A stretch of DNA of 63,998 bases, counting the filler, from Dirinaria sp. TL-2023a (lineage: Eukaryota), in NCBI GenBank assembly GCA_051941275.1. It is 3 parts of 3 records of this genome, joined end to end, with 100 filler letters (N's around TTAATTAATTAA, not from the genome) between each part and the next. Parts side by side here need not be neighbours in the genome. Positions count along the whole stretch, not along the records: positions 1 to 22,171 come from JAVEBF010000233.1; positions 22,272 to 44,399 come from JAVEBF010000234.1; 1 more part is not named here. One strand, given 5' to 3'. The translations under genes and the position numbers were made by a program. The number at the start of each line of letters is the position of its first letter. Position 1 is the first letter of the stretch. This document shows positions 13,314-26,395 of the stretch, piece after piece. Under the pieces are notes generated by a model that worked only from the letters and a program-made list of their open reading frames with translations, was not told the DNA's origin and ran no database searches.

Positions 13314-15449
13314 ATGTCGGCGCCGCAGGCGTTAACATTGGCAGTTCCCAACAATGCGGAATGCGCATCGCCGGTCAGTAGTGCTATTACGTCTCCATCT
13401 GAGCCAAGAACAAGGTCTCCATCACCGAGCAGCCAGACTTCTCAGCAAGTTTCGGGAAGACCATATCGCGCGATATCACGAAAAGACACTCAACAAAGTA
13501 CACATCCTCAGTCAGCGGCCGATCCTACATCTCCCACTCTAACCTCACTTCCTCCATTTCCTTCATCACCCAAGAGCGCACCAAAGCACATTCGAGATCA
13601 ATCAAAATCGTTCTTTGCAAATCTCAAAGCCTCGAAGTCATCAAATAAGATACAAAACTTCGAACCTACAATCAGGCAAGTGTCTGAGGACACCACCCGA
13701 GGGCACAAAGAGCTCAGAGAAAATTCTTTCTATTCGTTGCGAAAGAGCCCAGGATCGACGCCGGACTTGAGTAAATCAACGTTCGACAACAGCTCGGCCG
13801 ACGTTGCTGACGGTATAGTACCCCAGTCGCTCGCGGTTGATTAGGTTCCGCTACTAATCAAACAGTCTTAGACACCCAAAGCCAGAGTGACGTGCCCCAG
13901 CGGCCGACTGGAACTTCCATTTTGTCAGACACAGCTCTTGTGACAAGCCAGTCGGAATACAACAACCTTAAGAAGGGAAGGCCTCGGTTTGCCCAGCTAT
14001 TGAACAGAACGCGGTCCATGCGTATCGATGAAAATGGCCTCAGGGCAAAGCCTCCAGCGCCGATTCGGACTACAGATTGTGGGGATCGTCGTGAGCTTAA
14101 AGGTAATAATGACCCTGCCCTAAAGAGTGCCCCTTTGCAGCAAGAGAAGGACCGCTCCATCCGGGAGATGGTGGGCTCAGGTATGCGTAATCGGTCCGCG
14201 GATCGTCAAGCTGCTCCAAAACAATACCAACCCTCAACGACAAGTAGCAGACTTGATCGAGAACCTGTCCAAGCATCCAATGCCTCACATTTTGGGTCGT
14301 TCCGTGAACATGCAGGTGGTCATCTTTTCACGAACATCAAGAACACCTCAAATCAAGCTACTGATGGCCTGAGAAAGGCCGGCAAAGGCTTCTTCGGCAA
14401 AATCACTCGAAGTGGTAGCAGCAATTCGAGAGAACCAGCAGACGAGGAACCTTACGTATGCACAACGATAAACCTCCCACTAGTGGAGCAGACTCGGCGC
14501 ACACGTATTGCTAAGCGATTAGAAGACTCAAAAGATAAGACGGAATTTTGGATGCCTGCCTTGCCATGGAGGTGTATTGAGTAAGTTGAGACTAGAATTA
14601 CCCCCATACCTAGTGCTAACCATCTCTAGCTATCTGAATTTCAGAGGCTGCGAGGAAGAAGGGCTTTATCGAGTCCCTGGCAGCGGACAGAAAGTGAAAG
14701 AATGGCAGCGGCGCTTCGACACAGGTAAACATCATCGGCATAGTGTTCCTGGTATACTTGCTTATTTCCACACAGAACATGACATCAATCTGTTCGACGA
14801 ACCCGAGCTTTATGACATCAACATCATCGGCTCAATGTTCAAAGCGTGGCTGCGTGATCTGCCCACGGAGATCCTCCCTAAGGACACACAAGCTCGCATC
14901 GCTCGGGAATGTGTGGGAGCGCAAGAAGTCCCTCAAATGCTCAAAAACGAGCTTTCCATGCTTCCACCATGGAACTATTACCTACTCTTTGCCATCACCT
15001 GCCACCTCAGTCTTCTTCACGCCTACGTTGATCAAAATAAGATGAACTACAATAACCTGGTCATATGCTTCCAGCCAGCTTTGAAAATTGACAGCTTCTG
15101 CTTCAACTTTCTAGTGTGCCACTGGCGCGATTGCTGGCAAGGTTGCTGGACCGAGAAGGAGACTTTGGACGAGGAATACCGCATACTAGAGCGACTTAAC
15201 TCGAGTGGAGGTGACAGCTCAGGCGGGTCTACTGCTGTTGAAGAGCGACCAGCCGGATCATCGCAGAGTAACAAATCTAAATTCTTCGCCCGAGGCCAAG
15301 ATCGAAGCAAGCCGCCACCATTGTCTTTGACCAAACCTAGCGACGAACACCTTTCTACTCCCAACACAAATGTGCCAAGTCATTCCAGAAATAATTCACA
15401 ACTACCTGAACTGGCACCCGTCATGCCACTATCGCCTATCGGGCTCTGA
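13314..15449 (+). CDS. RhoGAP-domain protein
   Basis: FWMPALPWRCI-YLN, EEEGLYRVPGSG (arginine finger), FKAWLRDLP, NKMNYNNLVICFQPAL. S/P-rich N-terminus; introns near 13813, 14581 and 14725. Confidence 0.88.
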
Positions 15450-16148
15450 GGAACAAGCCCAAAGCTTCGGGTCAACAATTGACGCTCCGAAGGCGACTAT
15501 CAAGCTCATGCTAGCAGGAAAAGCACATGCGCAGATCTAGCCACCACTTATCACGCACCAGGAACTGCCGTGGTGGCTAGCATCCTCCTTGGCTAACTAC
15601 CTTATTAGCCTTTAATTTCTACTATATGTCGTTGATAAATCATTACTTGTTTTTGAGCGAATTGGCATCAGGTTGAGAGATTGTACGATAGGATGTGAGA
15701 GGGAGAAGGTCGTTTACCTTCTTCCCAGGGCCTGCTTCAGGAAGGCCTAGCTAAGTAAAGTAAGCAATTGAATTTGGCTTTTCCGTTTGGACTTGGTGCA
15801 GCAGTAATCCCCTGGTACTGTGACGATAAGGTCTCTCAAGCACATAGTCCCCGATTGTCGACTCCATAGCCCAGCGCAACAGCGCGGCGATGAAGCCAAA
15901 TGGTACTAATCCTTCTCTGAACGCCGCGCTCTCAAGGAATCACTCAGCAATGAGGCTGTCAGATACCTGGTTTTATTTGGAGCTGGAGTACGACCACCAA
16001 CTCATCATTCCAGGACTGTCAGATCTATGACTCGCAGAGACCTAATATCTGAAACATCTGAAACAAATGCATATAATTTTGGGTCACCAACGCCATCGCT
16101 AAGAGTCGTCTTCCAGATCAGTCGTCGTCAAACATTGAATGTGGTGCA

Positions 16149-16871
16149 TCACCGGCCGCCAGCACTATCCCCTTTCCGTGACTTTCTCTCATTTGCCCTG
16201 TCCTTCCTCTCCTTCCTCCTCACTCTCTCTTTCCTCTCCCGTCGGCGCTCCCCGCGAACCTCTTTCCCATCTCCCATCGCCACCTCCTTCTTTTCATCCA
16301 CCTCGACAAGCCAATCACCCTCGCCCTCCTTATTCTGGCCCTTGTAGCCCCATTTCGGCACCCACTCTCCTGCGGCCTCATCGTACACCGTTTTACCTTC
16401 TCCCCTCCTCTTGACCTGAATCCCCTTCTTCTTGGCAAACTTCTCCCATTTCGTCTCGGCCTTTTCCGCCGGCAGCGGTTTCTCGCGGGGTAAGGGGGTT
16501 GTGCAGGGTGGAAGCGTCATGAGTAGGCCGGAGGTCGGGGAGGATTTTATGGGACATTGTGTGAGGAGTTGATTTATCAGTGCCTGCGCGGAGTCGCGGG
16601 CCGTGGAGTGGAGGAGAGCCTCCGAAGGGTGCGGCGGGAGGGGATTCGCGTCATTACAGAGAAGGTTTCCGAGGTCGAATGTGTAAGGGATTGGTTTGGT
16701 GACTGTGACGGAGCTGAGGCATGGCTGTTAGAGGCGGTGGGCTTAGGAGAGGTTGGGGTAGGGTGTTGCCTACGGTCGGTCCCGTTTGAGTTCTGGAATC
16801 GCAGTGGCAGAGGCGCTGATCTCTTGACCTTGTGGCGAAAGGACGGAGTCACCGGGCTCTGCTGAGTCCAT
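16149..16871 (-). CDS. RRS1: Ribosome biogenesis regulatory protein Rrs1
   Basis: After one intron: VTKPIPYTFDLGNLLCND, ARDSAQALINQLL, LPREKPLP, TKWEKFAKKKGI, WVPKWGYKG. Confidence 0.92.
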
Positions 16872-17068
16872 GTCGTGTAATAACGTAGATTTGCAACCGC
16901 ACCCTCGCACCCTCCTGGTTCCCTGAACTTTTTGGAGATTTGCACTAGCGGCTCGGAACGATTCCGCTCCAAAAGTGCTGTCCCTCGGGTCAAACTTCAG
17001 ACCTTCGATTTTGGAAAACTAGCGTCCAGCAACCTTTTGTCCATTCCATTCAGCCAGTGGTTGGCATA

Positions 17069-18694
17069 ATGTCCCTTCATACTTGCTGGCGATGCTTCTA
17101 CCGAGCTCCAGAGCGGGTCTCATCATCCTCACCCATCCCGGGCGCTGCCACTACATCCTCCATTGCCCTCTTCTCAACTGCGGCACCTCGTAAAGCCAAG
17201 ATGGCCCATTTACAAGTCAAACCTGCTCCTAATCAAAAGTCTGTCGCAGCAACTGCCTATGTCAAGCCTAGCAAGAAAGTGGGGATGGTCGAAGACAGGT
17301 CGAAGCGTCCGGCACCAGGCGAGCGAAAAGCTCTCCGTAAACGTATCGTCCTGTCGAACACCAATGCCCTCGAAATCCGCGACATGCGAGACTTCAGCAT
17401 CGAGATACTTCAAGAGGAAGGACTCCAAGGACAGGTACTGGGCATACCAGGGCCTTTGGTTGATCAATTGAGGGCCGTGGAGGCGTTTAAGACCACTCAA
17501 GCGTGGCGTCTGTACCGGAGGCCTGGAGTGTTGGTCAGAGAGGAGACTTTGGATTATGGGAAGCTTATGGAAGAGCTGAGTCAGAGTGGGCGCATGGTCA
17601 GAAGGATCCTTTATGGTGAGAGAGGAAGTGGGAAAAGTCTCCTGGCGCTGCAAGTCATGATAATGGGATTTCTGAGACGCTGGACCGTGATCAACATACC
17701 TGAAGGTATCTTCTATCGCTAGCCCTTTGGTCTACTTCTCAATCTGCCTTGCGCTGTTGGCCAAGCCACCACGAGTACCATGACTGACGCTGCGGTAGCC
17801 CAAGAACTCGTCATCGGCCACACAGCCTATGCTCCTCTTTCCTCCTCATCCACTAACACCCTATACGCCCAAAAAGACTACACCGCAAATCTCTTGAAAT
17901 CAATCAACCTCGCAAACCCGCACCTCGCCACTCTCACTCTTGCCACGCCGCCCTCATCCTCCGGCCTCCCCATACCAATCCCACCCAACATATCCCTCTC
18001 TCGCCTCGCCTCCCTCGGCATCCAAGACCCAGACATCGCTTGGCGAGTCTTCACTCTGTTAATGACGGAGCTCACGATGCCCAACTCTCAGCTTACAGCC
18101 GAGCAAGCTCGGCCTCCGTTGCTGCTCACCATGGACAGTCTTGCCCACGCCATGAGGCCAGACACGGCGTACCGTCACCCGAATTTCGAACCCATGCACG
18201 CGCACGACCTCGCGATAGTGGACTTCTTCATGGGCCACTTCTCCGGGCGGAAGCAGCTGCCCAACGGTGGCCTTGTGCTTGGCATCACTAGCGGGTCGAA
18301 CCAGCCCAGAAACCCTACCCTTGACCTCACCCTTGCGCAATTGGAACACGAATCCTCTTCTTCTCGGTCTAGTTCAGCGCAACCGCAACTCAATACACTG
18401 GTACACCTGACCCAACCGATGACGCTCCAGCAATGGGAACTGCAAGGCGACCCCTTCAAAACTTATGACCAGCGTGTGGTGTCTATTTTTAAGAACAATT
18501 ATGAAGGAAGAGTGGAGCTGCATAAGGTGAAAGGGCTAAATAAGGACGAGGCGAGGGGTCTGATGGAGTATTGGGCCAAGAGTGGGCTTTTGAGAGGGAA
18601 GGTTAGCGATAACCTGGTCAGCGAAAAATGGATCTTAAGCGGGCAAGGCGTGGTTGGGGAGCTGGAAAAGGCGGTTGTGAGGATGAGGGTTTAG
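17069..18694 (+). CDS. RSM23: Mitochondrial small-subunit ribosomal protein Rsm23/DAP3 (mS29)
   Basis: Presequence-like N-terminus, PGERKALRKRIVLSNTNAL, P-loop GERGSGKS, EARGLMEYWAKSG, C-terminal GVVGELEKA. One intron ~17706-17798. Confidence 0.88.
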
Positions 18695-19796
18695 AGGTGC
18701 TGGCATTGGAGTGTGTAAAAGTATATTCGCATACTAACTGTAGGAAGAGCGGTTGAATCTAGAAGCCCCTGCCTCTTTGTATATATGGGAAGGAAATGTA
18801 TCATAACATCGATTCATAACTTCTCAATGCGGCCTATAGTAATATTATCATTGAAAATGACAGAGAGATGATATTATATCACGATTGTTTTCGCCCCATT
18901 TCTCACTGATAAAAGTACATCTGAAGTCATTCCTCATTATCTTCGTACAGCATGATCTTGACCAAAGTTGAATTTTTAGTAGCCGGGAAAAATCGGCACG
19001 CTACAGCATTCTTTGACTCGATTTTAAAGTAAGATCTATCAACTTCTTGGCCTCTGCAGTTCAGCCTAGTAGAAAAAGTTTTACGGAAGTACGGAATGGA
19101 AGGTATGTATTTGTTTTTTCAGCACCATAACGATGACTTGATGAATTTGCTACTTGTCTGGGGAGGAGAGAGGAACGAAGAAAGAAAGCACCTCTATCGA
19201 ATTCTTAAATAGGGTCAGAGAAATTCAATACTACTCTCAGAGTGATGGTCTGAGCAGGATACATACATGGCCTTACATGTGAATGCCGTAGTGCGTCTTG
19301 GCAGACCTTAACCGCGCGGCTCTGGCTGCGGATAGCGTTTGTCATGTTTAGAACAAACATAAGTACTGCGAGTACCCGTACCTACACATATTTCAAGCAA
19401 ATAATACTATATCAACTACAGCTGTTCCTCGAAAAGCATTCTCTTACAGATACAGAATCGTTCAATAGGCTCTGTGCACAACCCTACCAATGGCTTCTCG
19501 CACGGAGATAATATTTGATGTCCCAGTGTGGAGAACTGCTACAATTGGAGCAAAAGCTTCAGTTGTACGGAAAACTTTCGAGCATGGCTTCCTTGAGAGC
19601 TACCTGTGAGGTAGATGAGCTTTCATTGATCCTGCTCAGTGGTTCCCACTGTGCTAAGCCTCCAAAGGCATTGATACAGTTTGCAAAGATACTGTAATGT
19701 CTGTGGTTGTGAAAGTTTGTCGTTGGACATCCGTCATACTGCGTTCATACTTTTCCTATATACCTGTTATGGACAAAACAAGTTCGGTCTCAAAAG

Positions 19797-21009
19797 ATGT
19801 TGAGACTTTTCCACCTGAAACTCGGCATCGGACATTTTGGGGCAAAGCTCCCAGTGGTCGTCCTTTCTTTGACACCGACCTCTTTGCTGTCTTTAATCCA
19901 GAACACTTTGCTGCATGAACCCTCCCAACCCAGACAGCAAATTTGGCATAACATCGATGATGTTCTTCCCAAATCTGTGAACCAAATGATCAGTGGATCT
20001 CGGCAGGCTCGGAACTACTGGAGGTAATTCCAACAAATATTGCTTTGTCAGTACCTATCTTGGTAGCTATGCGGTAGCTGCTCGGCAATGTGGATACAAA
20101 GCTAACACAAACCATACACACAAAAAGCAGACCTTCTCCAAATTACAACCAGCCAGCCTCTGAAACCTTTTCCTTGACCTGCTCCTACAACGCTGCAGAG
20201 ACAATCGGCATGGAGGGCAAAATGGTTGCGGCTATGCATTCCACTTCTCCACAGACTAGTAGTACTCGAAAGGGAGTTCAAACAACCTCCTACGATGCCG
20301 CAGAGGCAATCGGCACAGAGGGCGCAGTAGCTCCACCTATTACTTCCACCTCACTACAGACTGACAATACCTCGAAGCGAGTTAAAAAGAAAACTAGAAG
20401 GGGAAGGGGAAAAAAGGCCACTAAGAAAGTATGTACCTCTAATTCCCCCTGGGGCCTTGAAGACGCCGCAGAGGCAACCGGCACAGAGGGCAAAGTGATT
20501 CTGGCTTTGCCTCCTATCTCTGTACAGGCTAATATTACCCCAAAGCGAGATATAACAAGCCCCTACAACGCCGCAGAGGCAATCGGCACAGAGAGCAAAG
20601 TGATTGCGGCTATTCTTTCTAACCCTCCGCCGACTGAAAATACCCCAAAGCGAGGTAAAAAAAGATATCGAAGGAGGAGAAGAACACGAACCCAGGAAGC
20701 GTCCACGTCCAACTCTGAAGCTCACCAACAACTCCTCATAGACCCAAAAGACCACAACGCAAAGCGCAAGGTATGTATCTCCTCCATCGCGCTCGCACAA
20801 TCAGCTCAAAAAAATCTAACACCTCACCCTCAAAGCGCGAAAACTCCGAACCCATGGAGGAAGCGCGAGCCTTTTCCCCATCCTCATCCAGCTCCGGCGC
20901 CCAATCTCTGAACCCAAAACGCCAGAAGCAGGAGGTCCCGGTCGATACGGTCAGGGAGGCGGATCGTTTTCTGGAAAATCTCGCCGTGGACCTCCAGCTC
21001 GGGAGCTAA
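19797..21009 (+). CDS. Orphan basic protein with four internal repeats
   Basis: ORFs 19797-20022, 20131-20770 and 20836-21009 join in frame via GT-AG introns with CTAAC branch sites. True start uncertain. Confidence 0.5.
20182..20715 (+). repeat. Four degenerate coding repeats (consensus YNAAEAIGTEGKV...TPKR) in A-B-A'-B' arrangement
   Basis: Variants of gccgcagaggcaatcggcacagagggc at ~20192, ~20297, ~20465 and ~20570; units 2 and 4 carry a K/R-rich tail. Confidence 0.85.
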
Positions 21010-22171
21010 GAGGCCGCCCGTGCTGCCCAGACGCAGAATGAAGAGTAAAGGGGGGAAATGAGAGACTCTAATTCATATGCGAGAGAGTCTGGAACGAGTT
21101 GGAGGAGTAAGTTCACTTTACGAGCCCAGTCGCGCTTGGTCTAATGCTGCTTTTAAAGGTACCTTGGCTAACCAAATTTGCATTCTTCAGCGTACTTCAC
21201 CGATTGTAAGGGAAGGGGCAAAACCAAGATCCAACTTTCTGTGGCCGTCAATTGTTCGCCTACATATACCTACACCTACACCTACACCTATTCCTATTCA
21301 CCGACCTTACACAGAACTAGATTTCCTAGACGATGGTGCACACGAACGGGTCTATCATTATGCTTTTCCTTTCTTCCCCCGTCCGTCCTATCAATCTGTG
21401 CGCCTAAAGCAAGAGGAAAGATGTACACTAGTTCACCTTGACACCATTTTCACTTCTCATGCATGTATGGTATGCATTCAGTTGTCTTATCAGAATAGAA
21501 CGCATTCAATGGCGAGATTACGCTACATCTTTCTCATCTCCCGTGAACAAAAAGAAGAAGAAAAACATAAGAAAGAGAGAAATGGTCCTACAGTGTGTGA
21601 TAAAAAATCGCACTTTACCGAGATCCCAGAAAGTACCTTAGCTAACTAAATACATAGCAAATCCGCTTTTCCAAGCATCCTCTATACCTCCTGTGGTTTT
21701 TCAAGATATGCGAACTTTCCAAAACCTCCCTCCCTCCCTTACCTTACCTTACCTTCCCTTCCGTAGTAGTATCCCTAGCTAAGGTCGCTAGCGATTGATA
21801 TCTAAAAATTCTTTACGGTTCTCGTTTTTCCTTTTCTTTCTTTCCCCGTCTGTCCTTTCAATCTGTACGTACAAAGCACTTTAGCTGCATACTACTTCAC
21901 TTCCACTTTCTCTTACTTCTATTACTGCCTTGGGATAGAAAGAACATGCAATACCAAACTCCCCCTCCCCGATCCCCCCATCTACAATCGACGCCTTCCA
22001 CAACTTCCCTATTCCACAAGCTCACAATTCAACAGCACCAACTCCATCTCCTCTCCTTCCCCCCACGCCCCCAAAAAACATCACATTCAATCCGCTCAGC
22101 TCATCTCACAGACATCAAATGCTCCAAACCCTCAGAATCCAAGTGGTTGAAAACGGGTAGGATTACGAATG

Positions 22172-22271
22172 NNNNNNNNNNNNNNNNNNNNNNNNNNNNN
22201 NNNNNNNNNNNNNNNTTAATTAATTAANNNNNNNNNNNNNNNNNNNNNNNNNNNNNNNNNNNNNNNNNNNN
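22172..22271. other. Assembly gap with artificial six-frame-stop linker TTAATTAATTAA
   Basis: N-run, ttaattaattaa (22216-22227), N-run; the same construct occurs at 44400-44499. Confidence 0.95.
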
Positions 22272-24051
22272 GTTGTGCCTGGGAAGGGGGCGGGTGGTGG
22301 TGGTGCGAAGGTCCCTCCTCCTCCTAGGGTAGTAGGTGGCTGGACTTGAGCGCCGCCCGTGCTGGTGCCGTCCTTGCTGTTGCTGATGTTGCCGCCGGCT
22401 GCCATGGGGACCGTTGGTAGGCCTGGGATGCCCGGGAGAACGGGCTGCCTGGCGGGCATTTTCTGGTCCACGAGGCCTTCGGCTTCGTCTTCGAGCTCTT
22501 GCTCTTCGGCCTCGTGCAGCGCTTTGCGGCCGCCGCGCCGGTCCCAGGTGCCCATTGCTTCGGCGGCCGAGTCTCCGAGGTGGTATCTGTCGTTGAAACA
22601 AGCGACTTCGCCTGGTCGTGCGCGCGTCCAGAAGCGAGTGACGCGATCGTTGGAGCCGGATGCTAGGATGTGGCCCAAGGGATGCCAGTCGAGGGACCAG
22701 ACTGCGTACTCGTGCGCATACTGGATGCGGTGGGCGGGATAGATGGTTTGGGCCGGAGCGTTTTCGGGATTGGAGGTGTCGTACGGGGGTAAGTTTGTAG
22801 CAGTGCCAGGGGGTGTGTTCGGTTCGTCTAGGAGGTAATGATAGATAGATCCGTCGTTGCCGCCGGTCGTGAGGAGATCGATGTGGAAAGGGTGCCAGGT
22901 CAGGGTGGTGACATCTTTCTCGAAGCCACGGAGGAGACAGATATCACGCATCATTCGCAGGTCAAAGACTCGTGCAGCTTGGTCTCGAGCACATGTTGCC
23001 AAGAGTTGACCTCGCGTCGGTTCGAAGAGGGTCTTAGCGACGGTATTTTTGTGGCCATGCAGAGTGGTTAGACATCGACTGGTCCTTGGGTCCCAGAGCT
23101 TGACTTGGTGATCTTTCGAGCCAGATACTAGAAGGCCTTTGGTCGGATGCCAGTCCACTGTTTTTGCATCCCACTGATGCCCCGTCAGCATGGACTCTTG
23201 TACGCCTCCGGCGAAGTCGAAGATTTTTAGCGTGGCATCGTCACACGCGGTCACAAACTTATTATCATTAGGTGAGAAGGCCAGGTCACGGATCGGTTCA
23301 TGATGTGCTTGTATCGCCTTGACATTGTTGAAGTTCGGCTGCCAGTATTTTACAACGCCGTCTTGATCTGCTGAAACAAGCCAGTCTTCGCCATGCGAGT
23401 ATGTTGCAGCTCGAATGGCCGAGTCGTGTGCCTACGACATCCCGTGAGCACTCATTGGGAGATCTACCGCCTCTGCAATAGGAACGACGAACCTGCATGA
23501 TGGTCTCGAAGTTGAAGCCCATACCGTTCCATAAGGTAAACTCCCCACTGCTCGACCCTGTCAACAGCCGTCGCCCTTCGGGAGTCCATCGTACAATGTT
23601 GACCGGATGTTTGATCTTATTGAGAGACGAATGGAGGTGTCGACAAGGCACAGCATCTGCAGCACGGCCTCTCGCACCTGGTGGAAGCATCTAGTATTCC
23701 GGCTTAAGTCAGGATGGAACTAGGCCAGCGACTTTTCGATACAGCTACAAACTACGTACATTGATCACATAGCTGGGACTCGGCCTCTCAACCTGCAGCC
23801 TTCCACCACCCTTATAGCGTGGTTGACGATTTCGCATCCACTGGACCATGGATGATCCATAGTCTGTGATAGGTCCTTCGCCAGTATTAGCACGGTATCA
23901 CGAACCGGACGGCAGGGTGCTAGAAACAATGTTGGAGAAGCGATTGGTAGAGTGTACTTTTGCCAGGTTGCCTTTTATAGCTACCATCATACGCGCCTGC
24001 TCCACCTGTGGCTGCATAGCCAGTGTAAACACCAAGAGTGTCCCGATCCAT
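22272..24051 (-). CDS. PFS2: Polyadenylation factor subunit 2 (WDR33 family, WD40), 3' end truncated by the gap
   Basis: [81 protein letters not shown]. Confidence 0.93.
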
Positions 24052-24663
24052 GGTTTTCAATCAAAGTGATCCGACATCCCTAGTAGTGTTCTATGTCTTA
24101 CGCTGCTGGAAATCCATTTCCCCATGCAATTTACATGCTGTCACAGAGAGAGGCCTAATACCCTGTAAATTGGCGTTCAGTGTCGCTGCGAGCGATCGTT
24201 GTCCACTGCATTATTACGTGTAGGTAGAAGTCGCAATATCTTGTAGTTCATCATGGCTCATCCACAGCCTGAAGTTGAATTACCGAGATATAACCGTCGG
24301 ATCGGTGTTCCGGCCAAGCGCAAGCGAGACGGGTAGATCTGTAGATCACGCAAGACGTGCATAAATAGTGCATAAACGATGCATAAGCATGCAACGGTCC
24401 TTCCCCAACATTTGATTGTCAAAAAGCTAGGGACTGCCTTAAGGCATCCTGATACTGTTCTGCTTCAACACCGAACAGCCATTGGATCGGCTCTTACAGA
24501 CGGTCCAGTCTCGCTGCAATCGTAGTCTTGTACAAGGTCCATGTTTTTCTGCAAACAGCATCCGATGTGTAATTCGGCCGTCTGGAGTGTGAAGAAGGAG
24601 CTATCAGCAAGCTCGCCTTAAAAACTCCAAGACTGTCCTCGAGACCAACCACTCTCCGAGAAA

Positions 24664-26253
24664 ATGTCGCAGAGTGATGTGATCAAGAAGGATGCCGATA
24701 CAGCAAATGATCAGGGAGCTTTGCAAGAGTCAAGCACACTGTCTACCTCTGCCACCAACCCAGCCAAAGGATCCCCCACCAAATACAGGCATGTTGCGGC
24801 TGTTCATTCTCGCGTCAGGACATCTCTTTTGAGCACCGACCATGAACATGCGACAAGTTTTTTGGGCTTCAGGAACCTCATGGTCCTCGTGCTGGGTACG
24901 TAACCTGCAGACCTCTGGAACCAGCCGGACTGAGCAGCGGATTAGTTGTGATGAATCTTCGCTTGGTGGTTGAAAATTTCATGAAGGTATGGGGCAGGAA
25001 TAGGTTTTTCGTGCTATCTCTAATGTTGCTTGCAGTATGGAGTCTTGGTTTGCATTAGCTGCCACGACTATAGAGGGCAAGATCTGCTCCTGGGTGCGGT
25101 CCTCTACACGCTTGTTCCATGCCATCTCTTTGTAGCCTACATTATCGAACTTGCGGCGGCTCAGCAAGCCAAGGGAGCCATTGGCAAGGCGAAACGAGAT
25201 GATGATGCCGTCAAAAATCACCACGACGCTCAATCCCGCGAAGCCTTCCACCTCACTTGGATGGTCATTGCTTGGGCGCATGGAATCAACGCTACTCTGT
25301 GCCTTCTTGTCACGACATTTACCGTATACGAATATATTCACCATCCTTTGATAGGAACCATCTCGGAGGTTCATGCCGTCATCGTCTGGCTGAAGAACTG
25401 CTCTTATGCCTTTACTAATCGAGATCTTCGTCATGCGCTTCTCAACCCGAGCTCTGCGGTTTCACTGCCGGAGATCTACTCACAATGTCCGTATCCCCGC
25501 AATGTGACTGTCCGGAATCTTTCCTATTTTTGGTGGGCACCCACTCTTGTCTACCAGCCAGTCTACCCACGCACAAAGAGCATTCGATGGGAATTCGTGG
25601 CTAAACGTGTCGCAGAGGGAGTCGGCTTGAGTATTTTCATCTGGCTTGCGTCAGCTCAATATGCTGCCCCCCTTCTGCGTAATTCTTTGAACAAAATGGC
25701 TTCCTTGGATGTGGCATCAATTGTGGAGCGGCTAATGAAGCTATCCACTATTTCGCTTATTATTTGGTTAGCCGGCTTTTTCGCAATTTTCCAGTCCATT
25801 CTGAATGCTCTTGCCGAAGTTATGAAATTCGGCGACCGGGAATTTTATACCGAGTGGTGGAATAGCCCCAGCGTGGGCACGTACTGGCGAACCTGGAATA
25901 AACCTGTCTACCATTTCATGCGGCGGCATATATACTCTCCACTAGTGGGTCGAGGGTGGAGTTCGAGGGCCGCAAGTGCTATGGTGTTTGTTTTCTCCGG
26001 TTTTCTACACGAAATGCTGGTGGGTATACCGACCCATAATGTTCTTGGAGTTGCCTTCGTGGGCATGGTCGTGCAATTGCCTCTGATATCCGCAACGATG
26101 CCGCTCGAACAGATGCGAGGGGTAAACGGGAAGATCATTGGCAATTGCATTTTCTGGGTCAGTTTTTGTCTCGTAGGCCAACCGTTGGCTGCCCTGCTGT
26201 ATTTCTTTGCATGGCAGGCTAAGTATGGAAGCGTTAGCAAGAATGCGGTTTGA
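24664..26253 (+). CDS. MBOAT-family O-acyltransferase (DGAT1/sterol acyltransferase type)
   Basis: SFLGFRNL, NLRLVVENF, APTLVYQPVYPRT, FGDREFYTEWWNS, WNKPVYHF, catalytic SGFLHE. Two short introns. Confidence 0.9.
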
Positions 26254-26395
26254 CTTTGAAGCGTGGTATCCATAGAATCATGACTAGCAATGCCGCTGGG
26301 CGGTGTCAAGGAATCCGGACTGCAATATGTTGCAGTTATGGCCGATCGGCGTATTTTGAATCAGGAGCTGCAGGACCTTACTTTTGATTGTAGAA

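Noticed and set aside
20182..20715. CRISPR-like array
   Set aside because: Eukaryotic context; the repeats are degenerate, in-frame coding units with related spacers, and there are no cas genes.
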